This document shows, one piece after another, positions 31,316 to 42,203 of a stretch of 64,000 nucleotides of DNA. Source of the stretch: Aulosira sp. ZfuVER01 (lineage in GTDB: Bacteria > Cyanobacteriota > Cyanobacteriia > Cyanobacteriales > Nostocaceae); NCBI GenBank assembly GCA_034530615.2, contig JAVRCV020000036.1, forward strand, positions 32,001-96,000, written 5' to 3'. Position numbers and translations under genes: made by a program. The notes beneath the pieces were generated by a model. The model was not told where the DNA came from. It saw only the letters and a list, made by a program, of their open reading frames with translations, and did no database searches. How positions within the stretch are numbered: the first letter of the stretch is position 1; the number at the start of each line of letters is the position of its first letter.

Positions 31316-32170
31316 TCATCCCCCCACCTTCTCTTTCTGCGGTTCTAATTCTGGGTGGCTATAAATCTGCAATGCAGTCCGCCAGACCATATAACCTTCA
31401 GGACTTAGGTGTAAGCCATCGGTGGTGAATTCACTGCGGAGATAACCTTCCTGATTAGCAAACAGGGAATATAAGTCGAGATATTTAACGCCTTGTGTGG
31501 TGGCGATGGTTTGTAATTGCTGATTCAGCTGCTGAATGCGACTATTCTTAATGGCTAGCAGACGTTCTTTTCCTTCCCAAGTTGATTGTTCTCCCCCATG
31601 CGGCAAAATTGACTGGACAAATATTTCTGCGCTAGGATGCTTCCGGCGCAAGTAACGAATGATTTGCCGTTGATTCTCTAAAATTACCTCATCGCTGACG
31701 CCCCGAATTAGATCGTTAATCCCAATCATCACGAAAATCACTTGTGGCTGGGTGCGGTCAAATAAATCTAATCTTTTCAACAGCCCTTCGGTAGTTTCAC
31801 CAGAAATTGCTTGATTTAGCCAATATCTATTCTCAGGTAATAATTCTGAGGGAAACCACAGACTCAAAGAATCTCCAGCTAGTATGCTCAGATGCTGAGG
31901 AGGTTTTAGTGCAGCTACCTTAGCTTCTGACTTGAGAATTTCTACCCACTGTTCGTAATTGAGTTGGTGACGGGGGCCTAACTCCGGTTTAGCAACTTCG
32001 GGTTCACTGACTGTATCCGCAGCCGGTGGGAAAACAGTATTAGTCAATTTCTGCTGTTGCCAGATTAGCAGAACAATTGCCAACATCAGCAGACCGTTGG
32101 TTACTAGCGAGAAAAATCCCCAGATAGGAAAAGTTTTTGCAGAAATGGACACGACTAGCAAATTTACCAA
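31316..32170 (-). CDS. SGNH/GDSL hydrolase
   Basis: GDSL, NQAISG, IGINDL, DGLH; N-terminal TM; start uncertain. Confidence 0.9.
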   Translation of the reverse strand: MVNLLVVSISAKTFPIWGFFSLVTNGLLMLAIVLLIWQQQKLTNTVFPPAADTVSEPEVAKPELGPRHQLNYEQWVEILKSEAKVAALKPPQHLSILAGDSLSLWFPSELLPENRYWLNQAISGETTEGLLKRLDLFDRTQPQVIFVMIGINDLIRGVSDEVILENQRQIIRYLRRKHPSAEIFVQSILPHGGEQSTWEGKERLLAIKNSRIQQLNQQLQTIATTQGVKYLDLYSLFANQEGYLRSEFTTDGLHLSPEGYMVWRTALQIYSHPELEPQKEKVGG

Positions 32171-32520
32171 TTATAGGAATTAAATTTGAGCTTCATCAAC
32201 CGATTGAATTACGGTGAATTTACGCTACTCAGGTCGATCGCAGCAGTGATTTCCCTGTAGTGCTTGGTATCATAACTCAGAGAAATTAAACTGCGTACAT
32301 CTAGAGAAAGTTTTGAGACTTGATTGTAACAGTATCCGAAAACTTGCTACCTGACACTAGGGGTATGAAACCTGAGCAGGGAGGAGGTGAAGCAGGGGGA
32401 GACAAGGGAGTGTGGGAGAGAGTGGGGAGGAATGGGACAAGGGAGACAAGGAGGATGGGGGAGTGTGGGGAGAGAGGGGAGAAACGAACCACACTTTCTT
32501 TATTAGCTCCCCCCCCGTCT

Positions 32521-32742
32521 CTTTCAAGGGTAGGGATTTAAGAAAGGGGCAATATAGCCAGTAAAATACAGAACTGAAGCCAGACCGCAAAGATAACTAA
32601 GGCAGATGCGGCGAAGAATGTCAGAGTGTGGGAGGGAAAATGCAGCTAGGAAAGAATGAGGAATTAAAACAATGGACGAGGACAGTTATACAAACAAATT
32701 ACCCTCTCTACTGCCTGATTTTTAATTCCCTACCCTTGAAAG
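32521..32742. mobile_element. 222-bp MITE, perfect 16-bp TIR CTTTCAAGGGTAGGGA, 10-bp target duplication CCCCCCRTCT
   Basis: TIRs at 32521-32536 and 32727-32742; flanks CCCCCCGTCT and CCCCCCATCT; uninterrupted copy of host repeat at about 2120-2200. Confidence 0.9.
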
Positions 32743-33171
32743 CCCCCCATCTTCCCCATCCTCCCACACTTCCCACACTCCTTGTTTGCCCTATGCCCTA
32801 TGCCCAATAATTAAATTTTTGAGGATGATGTGCCAAACTTGCTCAAATCTGGTAATATCAAATGTCTATTGAGGGACTAAACATAACCTACCTTGAGGAA
32901 AGCCGCTTGGCATCTACGTTCAGGCGATAGAGAGTCGTCAAGTGTATGTAAAGTCTGACTCATTAGTAGCTGCAACGGAAATTAAATCGGTGCTTTTGTA
33001 AGTAGCTAAATTATCCCTGCTTGCAGAAGTTGTCCAAATTTCAAGTTGCGATCGCCTAAGTGCTGAATTTAGCACTTTTGTAATTTCAACTTTAATTGTT
33101 TTCTAACATTCGCTCCTCAACATCACACACATCTCAATTCATCGCTTCAACTACTCAATTCGGAGATTGAT

Positions 33172-33648
33172 ATGAAAAAGCTAATTCCATTATTAGTTAG
33201 CGGTATTCTGGTTGTTGGTGCTGTTGGTTGCCAAGATGCAACAAAGACCAGTTCCGATACTTCCACTACAAATGAGGTAAGCAAAACAGCAAAAGAAGCC
33301 TCTCAAAAAACCGCAACTGGGGCTAAAAATGCTACCGAAACTGGCAAAACCGCAGTTAAAGAAACAGGCGATAAAACCAAAACCGCAGTCAAAGAAGCTG
33401 CTGCTAATACCAAGACTGCTGTCAAAGGTGCTGCTGAAAGTACTTCTAAAAGCTTGATTCTCAGCAAATTATCAGAAAAGATCCCTGGTAGCAAGTTAGT
33501 AGTTGAAGACAAAGATGGAGTTGTCACTGTTACAGGCACAGTTCCCACTGAGGCTGATCTGAAGAAAATTGTACCCTTAGTTAAGGAACAAAAAGGTGTT
33601 AAGAGCGTTAAGGTAGAAGCAAAAGCTGCATCTGCAAAAGCTCAATAG
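33172..33648 (+). CDS. BON domain lipoprotein
   Basis: Lipobox AVGC, low-complexity K/A/T linker, DGVVTVTGTV...GVKSV. Confidence 0.88.
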   Translation: MKKLIPLLVSGILVVGAVGCQDATKTSSDTSTTNEVSKTAKEASQKTATGAKNATETGKTAVKETGDKTKTAVKEAAANTKTAVKGAAESTSKSLILSKLSEKIPGSKLVVEDKDGVVTVTGTVPTEADLKKIVPLVKEQKGVKSVKVEAKAASAKAQ

Positions 33649-33686
33649 AAAAATTAAAATATCCAACTAAGAGTTTTGTGACCCTC

Positions 33687-33720
33687 AACAGGACTTACAC
33701 AAAGGTAAGTCCTGTTTTTT
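33687..33720 (+). terminator. Rho-independent terminator
   Basis: AACAGGACTTAC-acaaag-GTAAGTCCTGTT followed by T run, between convergent genes. Confidence 0.75.
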
Positions 33721-33733
33721 CTTAGGTATTTAT

Positions 33734-34036
33734 TCAGTCAAAACGATGGTGAATGCGATAGTGAATCGGACGTTCTCTAATGCGATCGCTCCAACGATCT
33801 GAACGACGTATTAAGGGAGGTTGAAAAGTACGATTTGGGTGATTAATCCTAAATCTCAACTCACGCCTAGGATGATTAACCCGATAGTTATATTCTGGGC
33901 GATTACGATCAACTTGATTGTAGCGATCGCTAGGACGATGATATTGAACAAAATCTGCTTTAGCTGGTAGTGCAAAAGCTAACGTTGCAGTTGCAGCAAT
34001 CAAGGTTCCTAGAACTAACGAAGTGAAATGTTTCAT
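33734..34036 (-). CDS. Hypothetical secreted Arg-rich protein
   Basis: Signal peptide ending PAKA, GAGG RBS, R/H/Y-rich mature part. Confidence 0.7.
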   Translation of the reverse strand: MKHFTSLVLGTLIAATATLAFALPAKADFVQYHRPSDRYNQVDRNRPEYNYRVNHPRRELRFRINHPNRTFQPPLIRRSDRWSDRIRERPIHYRIHHRFD

Positions 34037-34136
34037 AATCTCACCTCAATTACACTGCTCTAATTCTATAATCGCAAATCCCAGGAACAGAAATAACAAT
34101 GAGACATAACTCGTAATCTCTTTGCATAATCGCTTG

Positions 34137-36698
34137 CTAACTGCCTGCGCAAATATTACCAAATTTAGGGTTTTTATCTGGACATACCATATTCATAAAA
34201 GAGATTTTGAATTCGGTTCCCTGTTGCCTATTAATCTCGATTGTGCCGTCAATCTGCTTGACCAAGCCATAAACCAAATTTAGCCCTAAGGTTTTAGCTT
34301 GGTTAATCGTAAAATCATGGGGTAGCCCAATGCCATTATCTTGAATAATCAGGGTGGATTTGCATCGGCACAGATTATCAAGAGACTCATAGGAGTGAAA
34401 AAATTTGACTTGAATTTCACCCTCATGTTCGCCAGGGAAAGCGTGTTTTAGTGCATTAGAAACCAGCTCGTTGATAATTAATCCACAGGGTATGATAGTT
34501 TCAATATCTAAACTGGAGTTTTCCAACTGAAGATTAAGTTTAATTTGGTTAGAACTGATGTTGTAAGAATCAAATAGAGAAACTGTTAAATCTCGAATAT
34601 ATTGAGTGAAATTAATATTGGCGAGGTCTTCAGAACGGTATAGCTTTTCATGGACTAAGGCGATCGAAGCGATCCGGTTTTGGCTATCTTGTAAAACGAG
34701 CTTTGCTTGGGAGTTTTGAGTGCGGCGAATCTGCATTTGTAGCAAGCTGCTAACAATGCCGAGATTATTTTTAACGCGATGATGAATTTCCTTTAGCAAA
34801 ACTTCTTTTTCTTGTAGAGAAGCTTTGATATGTTCTTCTGCTTGTTGAAGTTCAGTAATCATCTGATGCAACTGGGCTGTTCGTTCTGTAACCCGGATTT
34901 CTAGTTCTTCCTTAGCTTGTTTCAGCGCTTCTTGAACATATTGGCGTTCCGCTTCGATGCGCTTACGTTCGGTGATTTCCTGACAAACGGTATTGATGCC
35001 AATAACTCGATCGCCATTCTTTAAAGGCAAAAAGCTCTCTAACCAAGTTCGTTGCACTCCAGGTTGAGCTGGAGTTTCGCCACTGATTTCCACATTCAGC
35101 ACTGGTTCTCCCTTTTCGAGAATGGGACACAATACTTCCTCCACAGCGTCAGCGAGTTCTGGTAACACCTCGCGCACTGTGCGACCGATATGTGATTCAA
35201 TCGATACCCCATTCATTTCTGCTAGTCGTTGGTTAATGCGTACAAAGCGGAGGTTGCTGTCTAAAAAGTTTAAACCAATAGGCGCTGACTGGTAGATAGC
35301 TTCAATTTCAGCTAGTTGCTGCTGAAGCTGGATTTGGCTTTCCCGTATGGCTGTTTCTGCCTGCTTGATTGCTGTGATATCCGTCAGAATGCCAACGTAA
35401 CCGACAGTATTACCCCCAGAGTCAACCTCAGGCAAGGCTTGGACGTAGAACCGGACTACGCTGCCATCCGGGCGAATACATTTACCCTCATTATGGTAAA
35501 GCCCTTTTTTTTGACAGTTCTGCGACCATTGCAGCCATTCTCTGGTAAGGCGATCGCTATCTTCAGGATGGAGTGTTTGCACCCATCCCATTCCCAATGC
35601 TGTTTGTGCTGGTCTACCAGTCATTTCGCTCCAGCGATTGTTGACATAGACACAGTTACTATTAGGGTCAAACCGGAAAATAGCAATGGGAGAAGCTTCT
35701 GCCAGGGTGGCAAACAAGCGTTCTCGTTCTCGTAAAGCTTCTTCTACTTGTTTGCGTTGGGTGATATCGGTGAGAATCACTACTGCCCCATGAAAATGGT
35801 TGTCCTTGTCAGTCAAAGGGCGGGCATTTAACACCAGATTTAACACTTGTCCATCTTGGCATTCAAACTCCACCTCTAGCCCTTGATAGCTTTCTCCATG
35901 TATTACCGATGCAATGGAAAAAGGGATTTTGAGAGAGGAACCAGGCTCAAGATTAGTTCTAGCGATCGCTATATCCCCAGTTGTGGGTGCAGAAAAATTA
36001 GACTTACACAAATAAAGGGAGCATCGGCTATCAAAAGGTTGCAAGAGTAAATTTTCGCCCCACAGTTGACAGGCGATCTGGCTGGCACGAATAATTTGTC
36101 CGTTCTGGTCTGTGACTAAAATAGCTTCCCCTGCTTGCTCTAGAATTAAACGCGCCAGTCTTTCTGCGGCAAGAGTCTTTTCATAGTGTTTTTGTGCGGT
36201 TAAATCGGTAATCACAATGCAATTGACCGCAGATTCATCCAGACTGAGATGATTGATCGATAGGTAGACAGGAACCTCGACGGCATCGAGAGTGTTGAGA
36301 AACAGTTCCACAGAATTGCGTTCGCCCTTTTCTACTTGCTGAACTAGTGCTTCAAATAGGGGGATATCTGGGGAAGAAATTAAGCGTTGAAAATCGGAAC
36401 CAATCAGCTTTTCTAACGGTTGCTGCAATAAATTTGCCAAACTTTTGTTGCAGTATAAAATAAACCCTTCGTTTGAAACGATCGCCGCCCCCTGTTGCAT
36501 TTCCTCTACTAACAATCGGTAGGAGTAATCAGCACTCTGGAGGGTAAAAATTCTTTCGCCTTGAGGGGTAGAAATGACCAGCGCATCTATTTCGCCATGC
36601 TGAATCGCTTGCAGGGTTTCCTCACTTGTGGCCAGGCGATCGCGCAGTATTTGAATTTCTGCTAGTAGTTCTGCTCTAGATTTAAGATGATCTTCCAT
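34137..36698 (-). CDS. Multi-PAS sensor histidine kinase, HisKA_2 type
   Basis: Four PAS/PAC-like domains (TDLT, TDIT, TDIT, QEIT ends), KEIHHRVKNNL, NELVSNALKHAF, DNGIG, LGLNLV. Confidence 0.93.
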   Translation of the reverse strand: MEDHLKSRAELLAEIQILRDRLATSEETLQAIQHGEIDALVISTPQGERIFTLQSADYSYRLLVEEMQQGAAIVSNEGFILYCNKSLANLLQQPLEKLIGSDFQRLISSPDIPLFEALVQQVEKGERNSVELFLNTLDAVEVPVYLSINHLSLDESAVNCIVITDLTAQKHYEKTLAAERLARLILEQAGEAILVTDQNGQIIRASQIACQLWGENLLLQPFDSRCSLYLCKSNFSAPTTGDIAIARTNLEPGSSLKIPFSIASVIHGESYQGLEVEFECQDGQVLNLVLNARPLTDKDNHFHGAVVILTDITQRKQVEEALRERERLFATLAEASPIAIFRFDPNSNCVYVNNRWSEMTGRPAQTALGMGWVQTLHPEDSDRLTREWLQWSQNCQKKGLYHNEGKCIRPDGSVVRFYVQALPEVDSGGNTVGYVGILTDITAIKQAETAIRESQIQLQQQLAEIEAIYQSAPIGLNFLDSNLRFVRINQRLAEMNGVSIESHIGRTVREVLPELADAVEEVLCPILEKGEPVLNVEISGETPAQPGVQRTWLESFLPLKNGDRVIGINTVCQEITERKRIEAERQYVQEALKQAKEELEIRVTERTAQLHQMITELQQAEEHIKASLQEKEVLLKEIHHRVKNNLGIVSSLLQMQIRRTQNSQAKLVLQDSQNRIASIALVHEKLYRSEDLANINFTQYIRDLTVSLFDSYNISSNQIKLNLQLENSSLDIETIIPCGLIINELVSNALKHAFPGEHEGEIQVKFFHSYESLDNLCRCKSTLIIQDNGIGLPHDFTINQAKTLGLNLVYGLVKQIDGTIEINRQQGTEFKISFMNMVCPDKNPKFGNICAGS

Positions 36699-36725
36699 TG
36701 TTTAGCCCAGGAGGTTCGTGATGTT

Positions 36726-37079
36726 TTATTTGGGCACAAGGTCTAACCCCAACAATACTTTTTCAGTATTAGATAGATCCCCAATCATCCGTCGCAGAGG
36801 GAGAGGTAGTTCCTTGATCAAGGTAGGGATAGCAACAATATTATCTGTTCCGATCTGTTGAGCCGATTGGTAAACATCAATCACCTCTAACTCATACCGT
36901 CCTTGTAAATAATTTTCACAGAGTAATTTCAGGTTTTCCAGCGCCCGTATTGAACGGGGAGTTGTTCCGGCAATATATAACCGGAGGTAGTAGTTTTGCC
37001 GATCCTGATTGGCGATCGCATCCTCAAAACTTTTAGCCCAATCATCACCTTCTATTTCCAGTGGTATGTCATTCACCAT
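36726..37079 (-). CDS. kaiB: KaiB family protein (second copy, N-terminal extension)
   Basis: YLRLYIAGTTPRS, YELEVIDV, AIPTLIKELPLPLRRMIGDLS. Confidence 0.93.
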   Translation of the reverse strand: MVNDIPLEIEGDDWAKSFEDAIANQDRQNYYLRLYIAGTTPRSIRALENLKLLCENYLQGRYELEVIDVYQSAQQIGTDNIVAIPTLIKELPLPLRRMIGDLSNTEKVLLGLDLVPK

Positions 37080-37302
37080 TCAGCCTTCCTCCTAATCCCA
37101 TTTTGGATTTTACCTTGTGCAACCACTGCGTTGCGGAGGGAACCTCCGTTGTAGTAAGTGACGTAATTTTAGATTTAGAATTGCTCTCTGTGTCTGGTTT
37201 TGGGAATTCATCTGTTGCATTCTTTCTTCTAATTGGCATTAGGAACCTTTTGACATCTAGCTTTCCTAATTTTCAATTTTGAATTGGTATTAAACTGGTT
37301 AT

Positions 37303-37617
37303 TTATTGCCCAAATTTTCTAATATCAAGTCCCAGTAAAACTTTTTCTTGATTCGATAAATCCCCAATAATTTGCCGAATCGGCACGGGCAGTTTTCTGA
37401 CTAGAGTTGGAATGGCCAGGATCTGATCTTGCTTTGCCAAGTCTGGGTTCTTTAATAAATCAATGACTTCAATTTGATATTGACCGTGGAGGTATTCTTC
37501 ACACAGCTTTTTCAGATTGGCAAAGGCAGTCACCGATTTTGGGGTCTGTCCGGCAACGTAGAGTCGCAGTTGCCAGATCTCAGATCCAGCGGTTTTTAGT
37601 TCGCTGTGTTGATTCAT
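37303..37617 (-). CDS. kaiB: KaiB family protein
   Basis: [39 protein letters not shown]; start at MNQHS with GGAAG upstream. Confidence 0.95.
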   Translation of the reverse strand: MNQHSELKTAGSEIWQLRLYVAGQTPKSVTAFANLKKLCEEYLHGQYQIEVIDLLKNPDLAKQDQILAIPTLVRKLPVPIRQIIGDLSNQEKVLLGLDIRKFGQ

Positions 37618-37762
37618 CGCTAGTACTTCCTTATCTTCCAAATGCGCTAGTGCTACTGTGCGGAAGTCCAAAGTTTAAAGTCCAAAAGCTTATGAATATA
37701 GGCTTTGAAGGCATTTTCATCTGGTTAGTTATTTCTGCCGTCCTGCACTAGCTAGATAGATA

Positions 37763-39469
37763 TTAATCAGCCCAACGCAGCTGTGCCATAGTCTCTTGAT
37801 CCTGGACTACCCTTTCTTCATACAAATCCTCCTCCTGAGTCAGATGCTCGAGTTCTGCTGCTTGTGTCTGCATCTGCATTTGTAAAGCCGCAATCTCAGC
37901 CTGCATGACCTGCCGTTGCTGCTCTAACTCCCGGCGACGGTTGGCTACCTGTTGCTGTTGCCGCAGGCGTGCCTGCTTGTCTGCTGACTCTTGGATGGCC
38001 CGAGCCGTTCCGGTGAGTACCTGGTTATCTCCTAGGTAGACATCGAGCAGTTCCACTCCTTGAGGGGTCAGCAGGAATTCCCGTACCTGGTTGGAGTGTG
38101 CCATCCCACGAGATTTTAAGATTTGCAACAGGCGATTGCGCTCGCCGTTGCTTTCAATTACCCGCAGTTCTAGCCAGGTGTCCATCAGCGAAGAGATCCC
38201 AATCTCTGTATGTTCGAGAGGAGTACCTCCGGCAATTAGATTGGTCATCAACACAGTTACCTGTTGCGACTTCAAGTAGTCAATCAGGCGCATAAAAAAG
38301 GCTTTGGCTTGCAGAAGGTTGCCCGCCAAGGTCAGGTTGCTCATGGGATCAATGATCATCGTGCTTGGCTGGAAAGAGTTCAGCCAGCGATGGATCTGTA
38401 CCAGATGCAGTTCTAAGCTGTAGGCAGTGGGACGCAATGCTTGAATTTGGAGCAATTCTTGTTGGATATACGGCTCTAAATCTAAACTGAGCGATCGCAT
38501 ATTGCGGAGAATTTGCTGTGGTGCTTCCTCAAATGCCAGATAAAGACACCGTTCCCCCCGACGACAGGTAGCTTCAGCAAAACAAGCCGCGATCGTACTC
38601 TTGCCTGTGCCAGCCATCCCCGTAATCAAGATACTGCTGCCGCGATAGTAGCCCTGTCCTCGCAGCATCGCATCTAGACGCGGGATACCACTAGAAACGC
38701 GGTCAGTGGAAACGCTATGGTTTAGCCCGATGGAGGTAATCGGTAAGACAGAAATACCATCTTCTTCAATTAAGAACGGATATTCGTTGCTCCCATGTTG
38801 AGAACCTCGATATTTCACAATTTGCATCCGTCGGGTAGACAGTTCCTCATCAACCCGCTGATCCAGGCGAATCACACAATCTGAGACGTATTCCTCTAAG
38901 CCCTGGCGAGTTAGACTATGCTCACCTCGTTCGCCAGTGATCACGGCGGTTACGCCTTTGGTTTTCAGCCAGCGAAACAGACGACGCAGTTCTGCCCGCA
39001 CAATGGCAGCATTGGAGAACCCGGAAAACAACACCTCAATGGTATCTAGGACTACTCGTTTGGCACCAATTTTATCAATCTCATTGCCCAAGCGAATGAA
39101 CAGCCCTTCCAGGTCGTAGTCACCAGTTTCTTGAATCTCAGTTGGGTCAATATAAATACAGTCAATAGCGAGCTGACGTTCTGCCACCAGTTGATCTAAA
39201 TTCCATCCCAGCGAAATGACATTTTGGGACAGTTCTTCCGCAGTCTCTTCAAAGGCGATAAACACCCCCGGTTCCCCGTATTGTGTCGCACCACGAACCA
39301 GAAACTCCATCCCTAGCAAAGTCTTACCGCAACCAGCAGAACCACACACCAGTGTGGGTCGTCCTTGGGGAAGTCCGCCGCCAGTGATTTCGTCTAGTCC
39401 CTCGATTCCTGTAGGGCACTTGGGTAATTGAGTATTGCGGGATTTGATTGCACTGTTGAATTGAACCAT
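37763..39469 (-). CDS. kaiC: KaiC family double-RecA ATPase (KaiC2-like) with coiled-coil tail
   Basis: CI GSAGCGKT/AFEE/KYRGS, CII GMAGTGKS/AFEE/KSRG, ISSLMD at the phosphosite position, Q/E-rich C-terminus. Confidence 0.96.
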   Translation of the reverse strand: MVQFNSAIKSRNTQLPKCPTGIEGLDEITGGGLPQGRPTLVCGSAGCGKTLLGMEFLVRGATQYGEPGVFIAFEETAEELSQNVISLGWNLDQLVAERQLAIDCIYIDPTEIQETGDYDLEGLFIRLGNEIDKIGAKRVVLDTIEVLFSGFSNAAIVRAELRRLFRWLKTKGVTAVITGERGEHSLTRQGLEEYVSDCVIRLDQRVDEELSTRRMQIVKYRGSQHGSNEYPFLIEEDGISVLPITSIGLNHSVSTDRVSSGIPRLDAMLRGQGYYRGSSILITGMAGTGKSTIAACFAEATCRRGERCLYLAFEEAPQQILRNMRSLSLDLEPYIQQELLQIQALRPTAYSLELHLVQIHRWLNSFQPSTMIIDPMSNLTLAGNLLQAKAFFMRLIDYLKSQQVTVLMTNLIAGGTPLEHTEIGISSLMDTWLELRVIESNGERNRLLQILKSRGMAHSNQVREFLLTPQGVELLDVYLGDNQVLTGTARAIQESADKQARLRQQQQVANRRRELEQQRQVMQAEIAALQMQMQTQAAELEHLTQEEDLYEERVVQDQETMAQLRWAD

Positions 39470-39608
39470 AGAATCTAGCAAGGCTGACTCAGTAGAAATG
39501 ACGAAAACCTTCTTCCCATAGCCTTATTTCTACCTTATAGCCTTGTTGTGAAGAAAATTTGAAGAGGGTGGATCGGTTCTTAAATATTTACCAATGTCAT
39601 CGCCACTG

Positions 39609-40457
39609 CTAACTTAACCGCCGTTGAAAAATAATCATCTCATTCCCCACAACCGGATTCCTCGCTACTAGCCTATCTTGAGAATCAACAACTTCTAGAT
39701 GGGTGAAATCGAGTTCCTGAGAGCGCTGTAAGATATCTGCTGCCAATTTATCTTGTTGAGATTGGGTGAGAGTGTACCAATCGTCACTAATTTTGACAGT
39801 GAGATTACTAGTACGAAAATTGGCTTGAATGGATTTTATCAGTCCAGAGGCAATGCGATCGCTAATTTCTGCAACTTGATTTTCGATAGCTGCAATTAAA
39901 GTTTGTTCTGGTGTCAATTGCAAAATTGGCGTTGGTGTTGGTGTGGGTGTGGGTTCCGGTGTTGGCGTTGGTTCTGGTTCCGGTTCCGGTTCCACAGGCG
40001 GAATTTCTGCTGCTGGTGATGGTGTAATTTCTTCTGCTGGTTGAGGTTCTGGCGTTGCTAACTCTGGTGAAGTAGTTACCGTTGGTGTTGGTGTCGGTGA
40101 AGGAACTTCCTCAACTTGGGGAAGCGTTGCTATCTCAGCAGGTTTATTTGTGAAAAAGCTCGTAGTTGTCCAAACTAAAATTACGGCAATACTAGCAATA
40201 ATCCCTGCTAAAGCTGTATCTGACAACTTTGCCGACAAATTTGCTGGTAAAAAACTACGGATTTTAGCTAGCAGTCCCCACCAAAAACCAGGAGATTCCG
40301 CAGTTCCCGGTGGAGGTGCTGTCTCCAGTTTCACCACCGCAGTCTCTAAAATCCTAATTGTCCCTCTGAGAAATTGGATAATAGTAGATTTCCAAAATGG
40401 CTGGTTTCTCTGGTAGGGTCTTTGGGGAGGTTGTGAATTCGGATTGTCTTGCGACAT
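39609..40457 (-). CDS. Conserved cyanobacterial single-TM protein with P/T/E-rich linker
   Basis: TM ALAGIIASIAVILVW, (PT/PE)n linker, LTPEQTLIAAI...ARNPVVG C-terminal domain. Confidence 0.75.
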   Translation of the reverse strand: MSQDNPNSQPPQRPYQRNQPFWKSTIIQFLRGTIRILETAVVKLETAPPPGTAESPGFWWGLLAKIRSFLPANLSAKLSDTALAGIIASIAVILVWTTTSFFTNKPAEIATLPQVEEVPSPTPTPTVTTSPELATPEPQPAEEITPSPAAEIPPVEPEPEPEPTPTPEPTPTPTPTPILQLTPEQTLIAAIENQVAEISDRIASGLIKSIQANFRTSNLTVKISDDWYTLTQSQQDKLAADILQRSQELDFTHLEVVDSQDRLVARNPVVGNEMIIFQRRLS

Positions 40458-40599
40458 GGAAATTTTACCAAGAGCAACGAAATCAAAGATAAATCAAAAC
40501 GGCGATCGTATTATGTCAAATAAAAATCCCCTGCTTGGAAGTAGTTTTACTACCATCAAGTCAGAGGATGTTTTTGTTGGAGATTAATTAGTAGAGCAT

Positions 40600-40638
40600 A
40601 GGGTATGAGTAACTAGACAAAGATTACACTCATACCCT
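40600..40638 (-). terminator. Hairpin downstream of metK
   Basis: AGGGTATGAGT ... ACTCATACCCT inverted repeat. Confidence 0.55.
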
Positions 40639-40673
40639 CATGTCTAGCGATCGCAACTAATATCTACTCTACT

Positions 40674-41948
40674 TTACTTAAGTGCTTGGGCGATCGCTGC
40701 TGAAAGTGACTCGTTAACTGATTGCTTCAACAAGTCGGCCTTATCGATACGTTCCCACGGCAAGTCTAAATCATTCCGTCCAAAATGACCGTAAGCCGCG
40801 ACGTCCTGATAAAAACGTCCGCCTCTTTCATTTGGTAGGTTACGTAAATTAAAGGTATGGATAATTCCTGCTGGTCGCAGTTCAAAATGCTTTTTGACTA
40901 ATTCCAGCAAGATATCATCATCGACTTTGCCAGTTCCAAAGGTATCCAGAAAAACGCTCACAGGACGCGCTACACCAATAGCATAACTTAGCTGCACTTC
41001 ACATTTATCTGCTAACCCAGCGGCGACAATATTTTTAGCTACATAGCGTGCTGCATAAGCCGCAGAACGGTCTACTTTTGTGGGATCTTTGCCAGAAAAG
41101 GCTCCGCCACCATGACGAGAATAACCACCGTAGGTGTCCACAATGATTTTCCGTCCCGTCAGACCAGAGTCACCTTGAGGCCCACCAATGACAAATTTGC
41201 CAGTGGGGTTGACTAAAAAGCGTGTCTCTTGGTCTGGCTGAATCTCAATATCGCCAAACACAGGCTGAACTACCGCTGTCCACAGATCTTGTTTGATTTT
41301 GGCTTGGACTGCGTCTTCATCCGTGATTTCCCCAATAGTTGCTGTATGCTGTGTGGAAATCAGAATTGTATCAATACCGACAGGACGCCCATCTTCATAG
41401 ATGACGGTAACTTGGGTTTTACCATCAGGGCGCAGGTAGGGTAAATCGCCTGTTTTGCGCACTGCTGCTAGCCGACGCGCAATGCGGTGAGCAAGACAAA
41501 TCGGTAAGGGCATATATTCTGGTGTTTCGTTGCTAGCGAAACCGAACATAATCCCTTGGTCGCCCGCACCAATGGTGTCGAATAGTTCTTCACTATCCTG
41601 CTCGCGGGTTTCGTGAGCAGTGTTAACACCTTGAGCAATATCAGGTGATTGTTCGTCTAAAGCTACTAGTACGCTAGTGCTATTTGCTGAAAAGCCGTTA
41701 TCGGCGTTGGTGTAGCCAATTTCGGCAATTTTCTGGCGGGCAAGATTCACATAATTGACATTGGCTTGGGTAGTAATTTCACCTGTAATTAGCACTAAGC
41801 CAGTATTAACTACTACTTCAGCCGCAACTCGGCTAGTAGGGTCTTGTGTCAGTAAGGCATCAAGAATTGTATCAGAAATCTGATCGCAGATTTTATCTGG
41901 ATGACCTTCGGTAACTGACTCGGAGGTAAATAAATAGCGACGAGACAA
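40674..41948 (-). CDS. metK: S-adenosylmethionine synthetase
   Basis: [45 protein letters not shown] at 41948 fits RBS spacing better than ATG at 41954. Confidence 0.98.
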   Translation of the reverse strand: MSRRYLFTSESVTEGHPDKICDQISDTILDALLTQDPTSRVAAEVVVNTGLVLITGEITTQANVNYVNLARQKIAEIGYTNADNGFSANSTSVLVALDEQSPDIAQGVNTAHETREQDSEELFDTIGAGDQGIMFGFASNETPEYMPLPICLAHRIARRLAAVRKTGDLPYLRPDGKTQVTVIYEDGRPVGIDTILISTQHTATIGEITDEDAVQAKIKQDLWTAVVQPVFGDIEIQPDQETRFLVNPTGKFVIGGPQGDSGLTGRKIIVDTYGGYSRHGGGAFSGKDPTKVDRSAAYAARYVAKNIVAAGLADKCEVQLSYAIGVARPVSVFLDTFGTGKVDDDILLELVKKHFELRPAGIIHTFNLRNLPNERGGRFYQDVAAYGHFGRNDLDLPWERIDKADLLKQSVNESLSAAIAQALK

Positions 41949-42203
41949 AGGCATTCCTCCTTCTAAGAGTGTTTCACTGAGCTAAATGTGATTATTTAGC
42001 TCAGTTACTCTAATTTCTGAAATCATAACAATATTTACACATTAAAGAGTTAGTGTGTTCTTAACTTGTCAAAAACTAGTACTGGTATTAAATACTTTGA
42101 TAAAGAAAAATCTAATTTTGGGGCGAAAATGTTTTTTATAACACAAAAAAATGGGGGAATACCCTGAAGCACTCCCCCAAGCTTTGACACAAATACTGCT
42201 GTT

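Noticed and set aside
32301..32810. Several short ORFs between the GDSL and BON genes
   Set aside because: Low-complexity translations of G-rich repeats and the MITE
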